Origin: a virus
Taxonomy: Duplodnaviria; Caudoviricetes
Length of the DNA: 64,000 nt
Direction: 5' to 3' (one strand)
IMG/VR virus record: IMGVR_UViG_3300027917_004314
The notes beneath the pieces were generated by a model. That model had not been told where the DNA came from and did not search any database. It saw only the letters and a list, made by a program, of their open reading frames with translations. The position numbers were made by a program, and so were the translations under genes. Shown in pieces: positions 9,466-20,527 of the stretch. How positions within the stretch are numbered: position 1 is the stretch's first letter; the number at the start of each line of letters is the position of its first letter.

Positions 9466-11841
9466 ATGGAGCTTATTTATCTGACCGACGATATAGATGC
9501 GGTAGTGGAACGAATTCTTTCGGACAATGAACTTGATAATTGTGGACTTGGTAAAAGAAAAGTAACAAGATGTTTAAAATCTTTCAGTGGTGATGAAATT
9601 GCATGTTCCGTCTTTTTTAAAAAATATGCTTTAAGAGACGAAAATAATATTATACTGGAGTCTACACTTGAGGAGGCTAAGGAAAGGTGGGCAAAAACTG
9701 TGTCCGAGGCGGAGAACTTATTTAAAAGAAAAAAGGGGCGCTTTCTGAAACCAAGTCCATATGAGTATTTTAGAGAGTTGTACGAATATTTTTTGCCAGC
9801 TGGAAGGCAGATGTTTGCGTTGGGCAACACTTATGTGACCAAAGCCACTTATACAAACTGTTATGTTACAAAAATCGAGGAAGACAGCATAGAAGGCATA
9901 TTTAATGCTGCTAAAAAAATTGCTCGCACATATTCGTACGGCGGAGGTATTGGTTTGTGTATAGGAGAGCTAAGACCTGCTCAATCTAAAGTTTCCAATA
10001 GTGCTAAATTTTCCACTGGAGCTGTCAGTTTTATGGAATTATACTCCAGAACTACGGGGCTGATAGGACAACTTTCTCGTCGAGGGGCTTTGATGATTAC
10101 TTTGCCAGTGAGTCATCCAGATATAGAAGAATTTATAGAAATTAAACATAATAATATTGACAAAGTAAAACATGCAAACCTTAGTGTTAAGATGACCGAT
10201 GACTTTATGCACGCCGTGATGGATAATAAAGATTTTACATTAAAATTTGTTACTCAACACGAAACGCTGGAAAAAACTATTAAAGCTCGTGAACTTTGGA
10301 ACAAAATTGTAAAATCAGCTCGCGACTCCGCAGAACCTGGCATTCTGTTTTGGGACAGGGCCGTAGAAACATCTCCGTCAGAAGTTTACCCAAGTCTGCG
10401 AATTCACTCAACAAATCCATGTGGAGAAGAAATTTTGGAGCCCGGCGGCGCTTGTATGTTGTCTTCTTTATTATTACACAAATTTGTTAAAAAGCCATTT
10501 ACAAATGAAGCTCAATTTGATTACGAATTATTTAGCGAAATGGTTAAAAGAGGAGTTCGTCATTTAGATAATATTGTTGAGCTAAATATGGATAGACATG
10601 GCTTAGAAGAACAAAAAAAGGCTTCTCAACTTGGTCGCAGAATAGGTTTGGGTGTTACTGGTTTGGGCGACATGTATATAGCCCTGGGGGTCAAGTATGA
10701 TTCCGCAGAGGCATTAAAGTTGGCCGAGCAAATTATGGATACAAAAAGACGTGCAGAATATGGTGCTTCTATAGACTTATCAATAGAACGAGGGCCATTT
10801 CCACTCTTTGACCCGAATAAACATTTTACTAGGGGGTTTGCTGCCACTTTGCCAGAAGAGCTTATAAAGATGGCTAAACTTCATGGTTTAAGGAACGTAG
10901 CTATATCCACAGTGGCTCCAAACGGATCGTTGTCAATTATAGCCCAATGTTCAAGTGGAATAGAACCAATATTTGCATTGAAATATCGTAGATTTGTTGA
11001 GATGGGCCAAAAAGAAAAGAAAAGGTTTATAATTCTACATCAAGGATTGGCCAGGTTTCTTGAAGTACATCCAAGTAATAGTAACGGTGACAGTTGGTCA
11101 ACTGATTTATCAGATTTACCAAATTATTGGGTTGTTGCACATGAGATAGATTACAAAAATAGAGTTAAGTTGCAGGGAATTATACAAAAATATACAGATG
11201 CAGGTATAAGTAGTACAATTAACTTACCTAGAGACATTGATGCTGAGACTGTGGGACAAATATATATAGATGCTTGGAAAGAAGGCTTAAAAGGTATCAC
11301 GGTATATAGAGAGGGTTCTCGTGAGGGCATTCTTTTAACGGATGAGTTTGCTAAGCTGGCTGGGTCACCTACCATGGATACAGCTATATATTGCGTACGT
11401 GCTGAGGGCGGCGACAAATTTTATATAATGATCTCTTACAAAAACAAAGATATTAAAAATCCGTATCAGGTTTTTGTGTTAAATTATAAAAGGTCCGAGC
11501 ACGATTCTTTTATAAAAATAAGCAACAGTCTGATAAAAATGCTTTTGGAAAGTGGCGTCCCGCAAAAAAGGGTGGATAAGTATATAACAAGGAGCACAAA
11601 TTCGTTGGCCAAACTCACTAGATTTATATCACTTTCAATGAAAACGGAGAATTTAGAAAAAGCTGTAGATATTCTCGAAGACCATGCATTTGTCGGCACT
11701 TTGGCTTACCAACTGCATGACATATTAAGTAAAAGTGTGGCAGTAAAGTCAGTTGTATGCAGAAATTGCGGCGGCTCTAACATGAGGATGGAGGAAGGAT
11801 GTATGCGGTGTCTTGATTGTGATTGGGCCGGGTGCACATGA
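9466..11841 (+). CDS. nrdJ: class II (adenosylcobalamin) ribonucleotide reductase
   Basis: LPAGRQM, NCYV, STNPCGEE, ACMLSSL, RRIGLGVTGLGD, TVAPNGSLS, C-terminal Zn ribbon; no beta subunit gene nearby; likely start 9466. Confidence 0.9.
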   Translation: MELIYLTDDIDAVVERILSDNELDNCGLGKRKVTRCLKSFSGDEIACSVFFKKYALRDENNIILESTLEEAKERWAKTVSEAENLFKRKKGRFLKPSPYEYFRELYEYFLPAGRQMFALGNTYVTKATYTNCYVTKIEEDSIEGIFNAAKKIARTYSYGGGIGLCIGELRPAQSKVSNSAKFSTGAVSFMELYSRTTGLIGQLSRRGALMITLPVSHPDIEEFIEIKHNNIDKVKHANLSVKMTDDFMHAVMDNKDFTLKFVTQHETLEKTIKARELWNKIVKSARDSAEPGILFWDRAVETSPSEVYPSLRIHSTNPCGEEILEPGGACMLSSLLLHKFVKKPFTNEAQFDYELFSEMVKRGVRHLDNIVELNMDRHGLEEQKKASQLGRRIGLGVTGLGDMYIALGVKYDSAEALKLAEQIMDTKRRAEYGASIDLSIERGPFPLFDPNKHFTRGFAATLPEELIKMAKLHGLRNVAISTVAPNGSLSIIAQCSSGIEPIFALKYRRFVEMGQKEKKRFIILHQGLARFLEVHPSNSNGDSWSTDLSDLPNYWVVAHEIDYKNRVKLQGIIQKYTDAGISSTINLPRDIDAETVGQIYIDAWKEGLKGITVYREGSREGILLTDEFAKLAGSPTMDTAIYCVRAEGGDKFYIMISYKNKDIKNPYQVFVLNYKRSEHDSFIKISNSLIKMLLESGVPQKRVDKYITRSTNSLAKLTRFISLSMKTENLEKAVDILEDHAFVGTLAYQLHDILSKSVAVKSVVCRNCGGSNMRMEEGCMRCLDCDWAGCT

Positions 11842-12188
11842 GCGAAACTATCATTTTAGCTGATCGAGGAGATCAGAATAGAGTTATCGCAGAAGAAAAG
11901 CGAGAATGGCTGGTCAATGTTTTGTTGGCGCTCGGAGTCAGGGAAGAGGCATTAGAGCTTGGGTCACACGAGCTTGTAAAATATCTTTCTATGGCAGGTA
12001 TAGAGGTGTGGAGTAATTGTGACGGGTCATTGGACATATATAGGTTCGATGGAGAAGACAACAAGAAAATTGTCGCCCAATGGAAAGTGCCAGATTTGAT
12101 ATTGATTAAAGATACACCACGAAAATGGTACTATGAAATACATCTAAACGAATGGGCCCTGCCGTTTCAGATGAAAAATAGGAGATAG
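11838..12188 (+). CDS. hypothetical protein
   Basis: ATGA overlap with the nrdJ stop. Confidence 0.75.
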   Translation: MSETIILADRGDQNRVIAEEKREWLVNVLLALGVREEALELGSHELVKYLSMAGIEVWSNCDGSLDIYRFDGEDNKKIVAQWKVPDLILIKDTPRKWYYEIHLNEWALPFQMKNRR

Positions 12189-12189
12189 C

Positions 12190-12651
12190 ATGTCAGAGTT
12201 TTATATGAAAAACGCAGATGGTAAATATATACCAATAAGTTTTAAGCAAATTATTACCAAAGATTGGGAAAATAAACTGATCGTTGTGCGAATAGGTAGC
12301 GATGAGTGCCCGGCCGAGGAATCAGAAATTGAGGAGACGTTAGATAGTTTAAACGACGCTGACGCTCTAGAAAGTCTAGAGAATACTAGTTTTCTAATTA
12401 CAATGCATAGCTTAAGTTTTGAAGTGCTAGACAGTGTAAAGGATGTGGCTTCTAAATGTGTAGCAGTTAAAGTTACCGGAGACGATGACCTTTCTCGCTT
12501 AGGAAAGTTGCAAAAAAAAGCTAGAGAACAGTTGAGAGGGAAGGCAAAGAAGGTTGTTGTATTACCTACTCCGCTAACAGTTGATGAATATAATAAAATT
12601 ATGGATATAAAAAAGAGGTGCGACACAAGAAGGAGCAGAAGGGGTAGTTAG
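12190..12651 (+). CDS. hypothetical protein
   Basis: AGGAG RBS; 153-aa ORF. Confidence 0.75.
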   Translation: MSEFYMKNADGKYIPISFKQIITKDWENKLIVVRIGSDECPAEESEIEETLDSLNDADALESLENTSFLITMHSLSFEVLDSVKDVASKCVAVKVTGDDDLSRLGKLQKKAREQLRGKAKKVVVLPTPLTVDEYNKIMDIKKRCDTRRSRRGS

Positions 12652-12713
12652 ACTACTAATATTTTTGTATAATACCAGCCGCAAGAAACCTACCTACAGG
12701 AGGCTAGTACATT

Positions 12714-14000
12714 TTGAAAAAATTTATTTTGGATGCGAATGTTTTGTTACACGATCCAAAAGCCCTCCAGGTGTTCGACGACAATGAGGTCGTCATTCCC
12801 GTCTCAGTACTAGATGAACTCGACAATGCTAAAACAAGACCAGATGAGCGCGGAAGAAACGCCAGGGCAGTAGTGCGCCTTTTGGATAAGTTGAGGGCAA
12901 GTGGATCTTTAAGCGAAGGGGTCAAGTTACATGAATCAATAATTAAAGTGGAATTGAATCACAGGGGTAATGTACCTCGAGGATTGTCGTCTGATAAGAC
13001 AGATAATCGCATTATTAGCACTGCATTAGGGCTTAAAGCGGAGTGCGATTGCCCTGTGATAGTCGTATCTAAAGACATTAATCTGAGAGTAAAATGTGAT
13101 GCCCTCAGCATAGAGGCGCAAGACTATGTTAAAGATAAAATTACTACAGATTTAGAGTCCATTTATAGTGGAGTTAAGACAGTCAGAGTTACTCCGCGTA
13201 CCATAGACCAATTGTACGATGAGGGGTATCTTGAAGGAGATCCTGGGTACGGCAAATGTTATCCCAATCAATTTGTCATACTAAAATCCCATAATAATCA
13301 ATCTGGTATAGCAAGATGTGTAGGATCTAATAGGTTTGAGAAGTTTAACCCACCACAAGAGATTTGGGACATTAGGCCAAGAAACGTGGAGCAAAAGTGC
13401 GCCATGGAACTTTTGATGGATCCCAATATCAAGCTGGTAACTCTCATAGGACGCGCTGGAGCTGGGAAAACATTGCTTGCCGCCGCTGCTGCTCTTCACC
13501 ATATCCTTAATAATTCTGGCACGTTCCAAAGAGCGCTAATTTCTAGGCCAATACAACCTATGGGTAGAGATATAGGTTTCCTTCCTGGCGACCTGGAAGA
13601 CAAACTTAAACCGTGGATGCAACCTATTTACGATAATTTGGAGTTTCTATTAGGCTCTGATTATCAGATGCTTAATGAATATAAGTATAATGGACTTATT
13701 CAGGTTGAACCACTTACCTACATAAGAGGCAGAAGCATACCTAAGTCCTTCATATTATTGGATGAAGCTCAAAATTTAACCGCCAAGGAAATCAAGACCG
13801 TTATTACGCGCATTGGCCAAGATAGTAAGATTGTCATAACTGGGGATATCGAGCAGATTGACAATCCTTACGTAGACTTTGCCGACAACGGACTGACGCA
13901 TGTTGTTGAAAGGTTTAAGGATAAGGCTGTTGCTGGCCACGTAACCTTGCGAAAAGGTGAGAGATCTGAGCTTGCCACCCTTGCCTCTGAAATCCTCTAA
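12714..14000 (+). CDS. phoH: PhoH2/YlaK-type PIN-PhoH ATPase
   Basis: PIN domain FILDANVLLHDP; Walker A GRAGAGKT; LLDEAQN; ITGDIEQID. Confidence 0.93.
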   Translation: MKKFILDANVLLHDPKALQVFDDNEVVIPVSVLDELDNAKTRPDERGRNARAVVRLLDKLRASGSLSEGVKLHESIIKVELNHRGNVPRGLSSDKTDNRIISTALGLKAECDCPVIVVSKDINLRVKCDALSIEAQDYVKDKITTDLESIYSGVKTVRVTPRTIDQLYDEGYLEGDPGYGKCYPNQFVILKSHNNQSGIARCVGSNRFEKFNPPQEIWDIRPRNVEQKCAMELLMDPNIKLVTLIGRAGAGKTLLAAAAALHHILNNSGTFQRALISRPIQPMGRDIGFLPGDLEDKLKPWMQPIYDNLEFLLGSDYQMLNEYKYNGLIQVEPLTYIRGRSIPKSFILLDEAQNLTAKEIKTVITRIGQDSKIVITGDIEQIDNPYVDFADNGLTHVVERFKDKAVAGHVTLRKGERSELATLASEIL

Positions 14001-14096
14001 GATATCATAAATATATTAATAATGTCACATTTATACGGATATCTATGGTATCCTTATTAGGATACGTGTAAATAAAATAGATGGGGTTATAACGAT

Positions 14097-15350
14097 ATGG
14101 CTGGTAGTAGAAGATTTCTTAATTTTCTGTATCCTGGTGGCACTTTTAATCATTATACGATAATTAATAGAATAATTGTGGAATTCGCCACGCAGGTGTT
14201 GGGGTGGACCCTCTATGATTCAAGTGGGTCTGGTTGGACTAGTGTTGTAGCTAGCGGGTCTTCTGCTGATACCACCTCATATCCTGATACGCTTGATATG
14301 ACCGGTTCTGGCAGGTCATGGTCTGCAGGTGATGAAGACATGCTTATTACATTAACCGGCGTATCTGGCGCAGATGCTGCAGAAGAACAGTGCAATGGTA
14401 TTTATAGAATTAAGGAAGTGGTTGATTCAAACACAATTAAGGTTAATATACAGCGTGGCGTCCATAGCGATGGCCTAATTGATGGTTACACAAATTTGAG
14501 CTGGCGTTTATTCGATCCTGAAAACTCTTCTTACAGTCCATCCGCTGCCGATTGGGCAGTCATTAGGTCTTCTTATTCACATGCGCCGTCGGAGCCGAAT
14601 TTTGATATTAGAATAGAAGTGGGCCCTAATGATAATACTTGGAAAATGTTGCCGCGATTTGAAATGGGACCATACGGAACTTGGGATAGCGGCAGTCATT
14701 CGTGGGGCGACAGCAGAAATACAGGACAACTTTTGCGGGGATCAAGCACCGCACTCGCAGCTAACGGCGTCGATTCGGTGTTTGCGTTTGGCGATAGTGA
14801 TCATATATGGATGTGGTGGAACCACGGCACTACCACAACATATTGGCATTGTCTCGGGTTAGGCCAGATAATTGACCCCTTTAACCCCAACGAAGATACA
14901 AACCCAGGATCTATTTACTATGCGCATGATAGCATGACATTACCTGATCAGATGGTCGGAATTGAGTCTGGCGGGACCAACTTTACGGACAAAGGTTATA
15001 TGTTAGCCGAAGATGATGCAACTTCAATCGTTTTTTATACGATGATTCCTTCTTGTCCTCCAGTAAATCACGCGGAATCTGCGATACCAATTTGGCATGG
15101 ATACCAAAGACGAATCTCGAGAAGAGGGAATGGGTATTTTAGAGCAGAAATATTAGCCGAGTCCATTACAGCTTCGCATATGGAAATTAGAGGGAGATTG
15201 GTTGATATGTGGGTGGGCGGGGCCTATCCGCCATTTGGGCGCCCATTTGGAAACTCATATATTCATTTGTTTAGCGGATTAAGCCATCCGTGGCATAATA
15301 GTGATGTACTTTATTTAGTGCCATATTCTTTTGATTGGCCGACTACGTAG
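14097..15350 (+). CDS. putative virion structural protein
   Basis: G/S/T/W/D-rich beta-type composition; GIYRIKEVVDSNTI segment resembles the next ORF. Confidence 0.55.
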   Translation: MAGSRRFLNFLYPGGTFNHYTIINRIIVEFATQVLGWTLYDSSGSGWTSVVASGSSADTTSYPDTLDMTGSGRSWSAGDEDMLITLTGVSGADAAEEQCNGIYRIKEVVDSNTIKVNIQRGVHSDGLIDGYTNLSWRLFDPENSSYSPSAADWAVIRSSYSHAPSEPNFDIRIEVGPNDNTWKMLPRFEMGPYGTWDSGSHSWGDSRNTGQLLRGSSTALAANGVDSVFAFGDSDHIWMWWNHGTTTTYWHCLGLGQIIDPFNPNEDTNPGSIYYAHDSMTLPDQMVGIESGGTNFTDKGYMLAEDDATSIVFYTMIPSCPPVNHAESAIPIWHGYQRRISRRGNGYFRAEILAESITASHMEIRGRLVDMWVGGAYPPFGRPFGNSYIHLFSGLSHPWHNSDVLYLVPYSFDWPTT

Positions 15351-15361
15351 GAGTGTGAGTT

Positions 15362-16594
15362 ATGGCGATACATTGGACTAGAGAACTAATACATACTGCA
15401 GGCGAGCCACGTAATGGATTTTCTTTGTGGGTTAAGCAAATTGTTATGATGATGTACCATATCGGTGGTTTCACTAATTTTAGCGAGTCGGTCAGTGGGG
15501 GCACTTGGGATCCAACAAGCTTTACCAAAAGCGGATCAGACGGCTATTTTACCGGCTCTGACAAACGGTTCACGGACAATGTGGCGTCGTCTTTTACGGT
15601 AACCGACACCGGGTCTTATATATTAATTAAGGATACTACCTATCCTAGAAATTCTGGCTGGTATAAAATGACTTACGTTGATTCTAGCAATATAGATCTT
15701 GACTTTCGTAGTGGTGCAACTGAGTATCCAGACGCTTCCGGCGGCTTATCTTGGTGGACACTAGATAAACTTAGCGGTTTTCCAGCTGGAAATGGCGATT
15801 ATTGCAGAATACGTGGAGATACTGGTTGGGAAATTGAATTTAAAAACTATTATCACGTAGGTCAGTGGCAAAGAACAAATATAGACATTAGAGTGAGTAT
15901 GGATGGTGATTGGTCTGGTAGCGGCAAAATTGTCGGGAGCTGGAGATATGGAACAGGCAGTACGTATGAAACCGATATTTCTGCGGAACAAGTGCGCTAT
16001 ATGATTGTTGATACAGATGCAAGTACAATAATATTTTGGCAAGAATTTAGTGTGGATGGTGGCAATATTGGCTTCGCTCATGTGCCTGTAATACCTTATG
16101 AATCGATTCCACCCAGAGACAACACTGAAAAATATGCTATGGCTGGGTCAGGATATGGCCCAACGGTTATTGGTACCAATCTAATTTCCATTACTTGGGC
16201 TCAGAGCGGTAATCGCTATTGGGGAGATGGTGTTCGCCACTGGAACGAACAAAATGGAGGTAACGATCGTGAATTGTGGCCGATAGATTATTCAAGATGG
16301 GCTAGTGCACAAGGACTAATTGGATGGACCGGCAGAGAGATTAATGCCCGAAGTGGTAGATGGGATGTGTTAAATGGCATACCAATGTGGGCAGATATTA
16401 GTAACTCTAATAATGAACATACGCCTTTCGCTTCTATGGGCGAGATTAACAATCTAATGTTTACTATACCAGGGTGGTCTGTTGCCGTATCTCCGCGCGC
16501 CGCGCTTGATATAGATTCTGCCGATGGTTATGCTTTTCATATTAGTTATGGCATTGGTGTGATCTGGCCGCTCAACATTACACCGCAGTATTAA
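15362..16594 (+). CDS. putative virion structural protein, paralog-like to 14097..15350
   Basis: Similar size and composition; GWYKMTYVDSSNI segment. Confidence 0.55.
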   Translation: MAIHWTRELIHTAGEPRNGFSLWVKQIVMMMYHIGGFTNFSESVSGGTWDPTSFTKSGSDGYFTGSDKRFTDNVASSFTVTDTGSYILIKDTTYPRNSGWYKMTYVDSSNIDLDFRSGATEYPDASGGLSWWTLDKLSGFPAGNGDYCRIRGDTGWEIEFKNYYHVGQWQRTNIDIRVSMDGDWSGSGKIVGSWRYGTGSTYETDISAEQVRYMIVDTDASTIIFWQEFSVDGGNIGFAHVPVIPYESIPPRDNTEKYAMAGSGYGPTVIGTNLISITWAQSGNRYWGDGVRHWNEQNGGNDRELWPIDYSRWASAQGLIGWTGREINARSGRWDVLNGIPMWADISNSNNEHTPFASMGEINNLMFTIPGWSVAVSPRAALDIDSADGYAFHISYGIGVIWPLNITPQY

Positions 16595-16600
16595 ATTATT

Positions 16601-17929
16601 ATGGCATCGTTTTCGGCTAATATAACTACAGAACAACTAGAAGACCCCAAGCTGGTGGCGGTCCACGAATACCAAGGATCGAATCAGGCAGCTTTGTGGC
16701 GAAACTCAGATTTTGGGTGGGATTTATTTGATCCACAACCTTCTTGGCGTACGGATTCTCAAGCCCAGGCTGTGTGGAGCGATGGATATGGGCGAATCGT
16801 AGTCCATGACTCTATTTCAACTAACCGTTTTATGCATTATGACGGATACTCCTGGTCAAATGTGTTAGGATTTCTACCGGACGCTTGGGTATGTGAAGCT
16901 TTGGGTGGCATGAGTATGTCAGAATTGTGGGCTGGCGGTGATGGTTATGTGGGATTTTATGATGGCTATTCGTGGACGGAAGCGCTAGGGCCTTTAGATG
17001 AACTGGTTCCAGTATACAGCATATGGTCCAAACGCTCTGAAATGATTACCAAAACGTGGGTAGTTGGCGGGTCCGCTGGTAATGAGGGCGTATATTACTA
17101 CGATGGCTATTCATGGACTAATTTCTATTCAGATATAGAGCTAGTTGACGAATATGTTGGTGTTCCGATGGCAGTTTGGGGCAGTTACTTAGCAGATGAT
17201 GTTTGGGTTGCCTTTGATCTTTGTGATAATCCTACCGTAAGTGGCCGAGTGGCTCATTATAATGGTGTAAGTTGGTCTATTATAGGTGGCGTGTTAGACG
17301 AGGGTCAACAAGTGTTGTGGGGCTTAACTTTTACTGCCAACGAATTATGGTCGGCAGGAGATGACAGCGCCGGTATCGCTCCTATCGTAGTTGGCTGGAA
17401 TGGTTCAACCTGGGACAATAAACTAACTGGCGATTATGTAGCACGTCGTATGCTCGGGCTTCAATCAGGACTAAGTAACGGCGTATATCTTGCTACTGGT
17501 ACCGGTGCTACCTCTAATGGCGCGGTTTACAGACGATGGGATCGCAGCGGGTTAGACGGGGAACATGTATGGCTTTCAGATCAAGTTATACCTCGGCAGT
17601 GGCGTGATTTGGCGGTTCTAGAAGATGCGCCAGTACAACCGTATTTTTATATGGAAATAGAGGAGGGGTATGGTTTAGGATATGAGACAGCTTTCGACGG
17701 TTATTTCTTGCCGCCATTTGAAAATTCTACCGTTACGTTTAGCGATGCTGACGGCTGGCAAGGTTACGATATTGAAATCATAAAAGATTCTTATTGGGAT
17801 CTGGGAAGAATCACTATGGATATAACCATTGATGCGTACAACAACCCAGTCAATTTAGAGCCAGAGCCTGGGTCTTTTGATCGAAGCAGAGACTCTGTGG
17901 TTAGATTTCGTTTAAGAAAAACGCCTTAG
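16601..17929 (+). CDS. putative virion beta-propeller protein
   Basis: Repeated (H/F/Y)YDGxSW blade-like units. Confidence 0.6.
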   Translation: MASFSANITTEQLEDPKLVAVHEYQGSNQAALWRNSDFGWDLFDPQPSWRTDSQAQAVWSDGYGRIVVHDSISTNRFMHYDGYSWSNVLGFLPDAWVCEALGGMSMSELWAGGDGYVGFYDGYSWTEALGPLDELVPVYSIWSKRSEMITKTWVVGGSAGNEGVYYYDGYSWTNFYSDIELVDEYVGVPMAVWGSYLADDVWVAFDLCDNPTVSGRVAHYNGVSWSIIGGVLDEGQQVLWGLTFTANELWSAGDDSAGIAPIVVGWNGSTWDNKLTGDYVARRMLGLQSGLSNGVYLATGTGATSNGAVYRRWDRSGLDGEHVWLSDQVIPRQWRDLAVLEDAPVQPYFYMEIEEGYGLGYETAFDGYFLPPFENSTVTFSDADGWQGYDIEIIKDSYWDLGRITMDITIDAYNNPVNLEPEPGSFDRSRDSVVRFRLRKTP

Positions 17930-18028
17930 GAGATTTTGTAGAGCCAGAAGCTGGCTCATATGACCAGCCAAAAGGTTCGGTGATCAAATTTCGGTTAAGA
18001 AGTGTTTAATTGTGGAGTGCCTATATAA

Positions 18029-20497
18029 ATGGTAACTTACTTATCAGATAAATTATTTTTGGATGGATACGCAACAAATGACGTATCATTTGGTTCCGAC
18101 AACTCTCCTTGTCAAGGGTGGAGTGATAGGCCGTTATGTCTTGCTGGCAAAACCATGGTCGGTGGTAGTCCAACCAAAGATACTTCACGAGGCGAGTTGG
18201 ATGTCTGGAACTGGAATTCGGCTCTTGATACCTGGGTACGCAAGCATCACATTACCCACCCAGATGATGCTCCAAATACTTTGTTCGGGTTTCATGTCGC
18301 TATGGACAAGACAATGCTGGTGCCGCTCGTCCTCGTCGTCGGGTGTTTCGGATACGCGACACAGACAGGTCGCGTCTACGTCTTTGAACGTGCCGACATC
18401 AACTCCGACTTCAGCTTGGTCACCAAGTTGGAGGCCAGCGACAAAGGGGCGAACGACCAATTCGGGTGGCGAGTCGCAGTAGACGAGATCAACGGTATCA
18501 TTGCTGTGACCGCCAGGGGCTGGGACGATCCAACGTACAGCAATGCCGGGAAGATCTACCTGTTCGAAAAGGACGGTGACTCGTGGCCTGGTAGTGTGGT
18601 TACCCCCGGCACCGAGGATGCCTCCGTTGTTCTGCCTGGTAGTGAGTTGCTCGGTGGTAACTACTATCTTGGCATCGGCCTAGCACTCCGCAATGGGCAC
18701 TTGCTCGCAACTGGTGGGGGGCAAGCGTACAAGAAGGTCAACTACTGGTTAAGGTCGTCTAAGACCAGCTGGCCACATCAGCAAACGCTTGACTACAGCA
18801 CCGATGTTGGATTGACAGACGTCGATATGGATGCCACCGCCACCTATGCTGTGACCGGCGTTGATGACAGCGATAGGATTCGTTTATTGAAGCGTACCGG
18901 ATCCGGGTCCTCAACGTGGGAAGAGAAGGACGTCGAGACCCGGGACGGCGGCGGTGGGGCGGGTTGGTTCGGCGTGATCGTCAAGTTGGCTCCAGATGGT
19001 ACAAGCGTGGCAACGTCCGCAGGTTTTTACGATGACGCTTACAACGAGCAGGGCCGAGCTTGGATTATCCCGATTGTTTCCGATGCTTTTGATACAGGCA
19101 ATGAGGAGATTTTTGCAGCAGCGGATGCAGAAGACTATCATTATTTTGGCAGTTCTCTTGATTGGAATGGCCACCACATAGCAATTGGCGCGTGCGGCGA
19201 TGATGAAGCTGCCGAGAATGCTGGAGCGTTATATTATGATCTGGCAGGCGAAGATTATCCAGGAGGCGGTTTTTTGGATAATCAAGATCCACCGCACGAT
19301 TCTTACGGGGCTCTGCCGTCTACGAACATATCTACGGACATATTAGGTCTGTACACGGGTATAAATCTCAACACAATAGATGCATATGTTAACGGAGCCT
19401 TAGCATTTACCGGTCCGTCAACCTTTATATCGCCATACAACGGACCCTCATCTTCAATTACTGCCACCACTGTGGACGGCTATGATGGTTATAACATAGT
19501 ATTCGACAATACAACCGATTTCAGTATAGGCTCGGCCGTTACTACTAGAATCGTATGTCAAGATAACTATGGAGCTTCTATAGATGAAAGTTGGACATTT
19601 CATATAGCACAAACCGTACTTTCATTGGTGCACGGCCCTTATGAAATTACCTTTGATATTACTTTTTCTGGCGAAGTATCCTCTAGTGCGCTAAATCCTG
19701 CTTACTATTTGTTTGATAATGGAATGTATGCCAGATTAGTAGAGCACATGGAAAACGATACGTATAGGCTGTGGACAGAACTTTATGAGGGTGATTCAAC
19801 ATTTAGCCTAACTGTTTCGCCCAATCTAAAAGACAGTTACGGCGGTTCTATATATACGGATCCCATAACTACCACACCTTTTTATTCTTCTGCCGATATG
19901 AGTAATTATGATGGAAAAGTTAGATCGTGGCGTCAGAGCAATTTGATAAGCGCAGATAGTCAGAGAATTTATTTAGCTGGCACAAGAGGAATAGATGTTT
20001 TTCGTAAAGTTACTGAAGTAAATCCAGTAAGATGGGGTCAAATATTAGACGAATACGGTATTAACGCCATGTTTGTGGCCAATTACACTAGCGACTTAGT
20101 GATTACTGATACAGTGCCGCCATACGTAACAGATCAGGATCCGCCGGCCTCGGGCACTTCTTACACTTCAGATCCTATATTGTTTACGGTTACAGACGTT
20201 TCTTCAGCGGTGGAAATCCCTTCCACCACCGTATATGTCAACGATGTCATAGCTTTTAATGGTGGCGACGGCGGCTGGGATAATGGATATACTGGCACTA
20301 TTACAGTGGAGTTTAGGAGACTTGATTTTGTTATAAACCCACCTGTACCATTCACTCCAGAGTCCACTGTAAGAGTTAGAGTGGTGGCATCAGATTTGCT
20401 CGGAAATCTTTTAGACATCACATATTCATTCACGGTTACTTCCACTACCGGGTTTGGGTTTTCAATATACGGCACGTCGTCATTTGGAGGGGTATAA
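18029..20497 (+). CDS. putative virion adhesin/tail protein with FG-GAP-like repeats and Ig-like domains
   Basis: FGFHVA, FGWRVA, FGVIVK, FGSSLD repeats with AGKIY/AGALY; DNQDPP/TDQDPP Ig-like modules. Confidence 0.7.
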   Translation: MVTYLSDKLFLDGYATNDVSFGSDNSPCQGWSDRPLCLAGKTMVGGSPTKDTSRGELDVWNWNSALDTWVRKHHITHPDDAPNTLFGFHVAMDKTMLVPLVLVVGCFGYATQTGRVYVFERADINSDFSLVTKLEASDKGANDQFGWRVAVDEINGIIAVTARGWDDPTYSNAGKIYLFEKDGDSWPGSVVTPGTEDASVVLPGSELLGGNYYLGIGLALRNGHLLATGGGQAYKKVNYWLRSSKTSWPHQQTLDYSTDVGLTDVDMDATATYAVTGVDDSDRIRLLKRTGSGSSTWEEKDVETRDGGGGAGWFGVIVKLAPDGTSVATSAGFYDDAYNEQGRAWIIPIVSDAFDTGNEEIFAAADAEDYHYFGSSLDWNGHHIAIGACGDDEAAENAGALYYDLAGEDYPGGGFLDNQDPPHDSYGALPSTNISTDILGLYTGINLNTIDAYVNGALAFTGPSTFISPYNGPSSSITATTVDGYDGYNIVFDNTTDFSIGSAVTTRIVCQDNYGASIDESWTFHIAQTVLSLVHGPYEITFDITFSGEVSSSALNPAYYLFDNGMYARLVEHMENDTYRLWTELYEGDSTFSLTVSPNLKDSYGGSIYTDPITTTPFYSSADMSNYDGKVRSWRQSNLISADSQRIYLAGTRGIDVFRKVTEVNPVRWGQILDEYGINAMFVANYTSDLVITDTVPPYVTDQDPPASGTSYTSDPILFTVTDVSSAVEIPSTTVYVNDVIAFNGGDGGWDNGYTGTITVEFRRLDFVINPPVPFTPESTVRVRVVASDLLGNLLDITYSFTVTSTTGFGFSIYGTSSFGGV

Positions 20498-20527
20498 AAC
20501 TATAAGGAGATGAGTTTTTAAAAAAAC

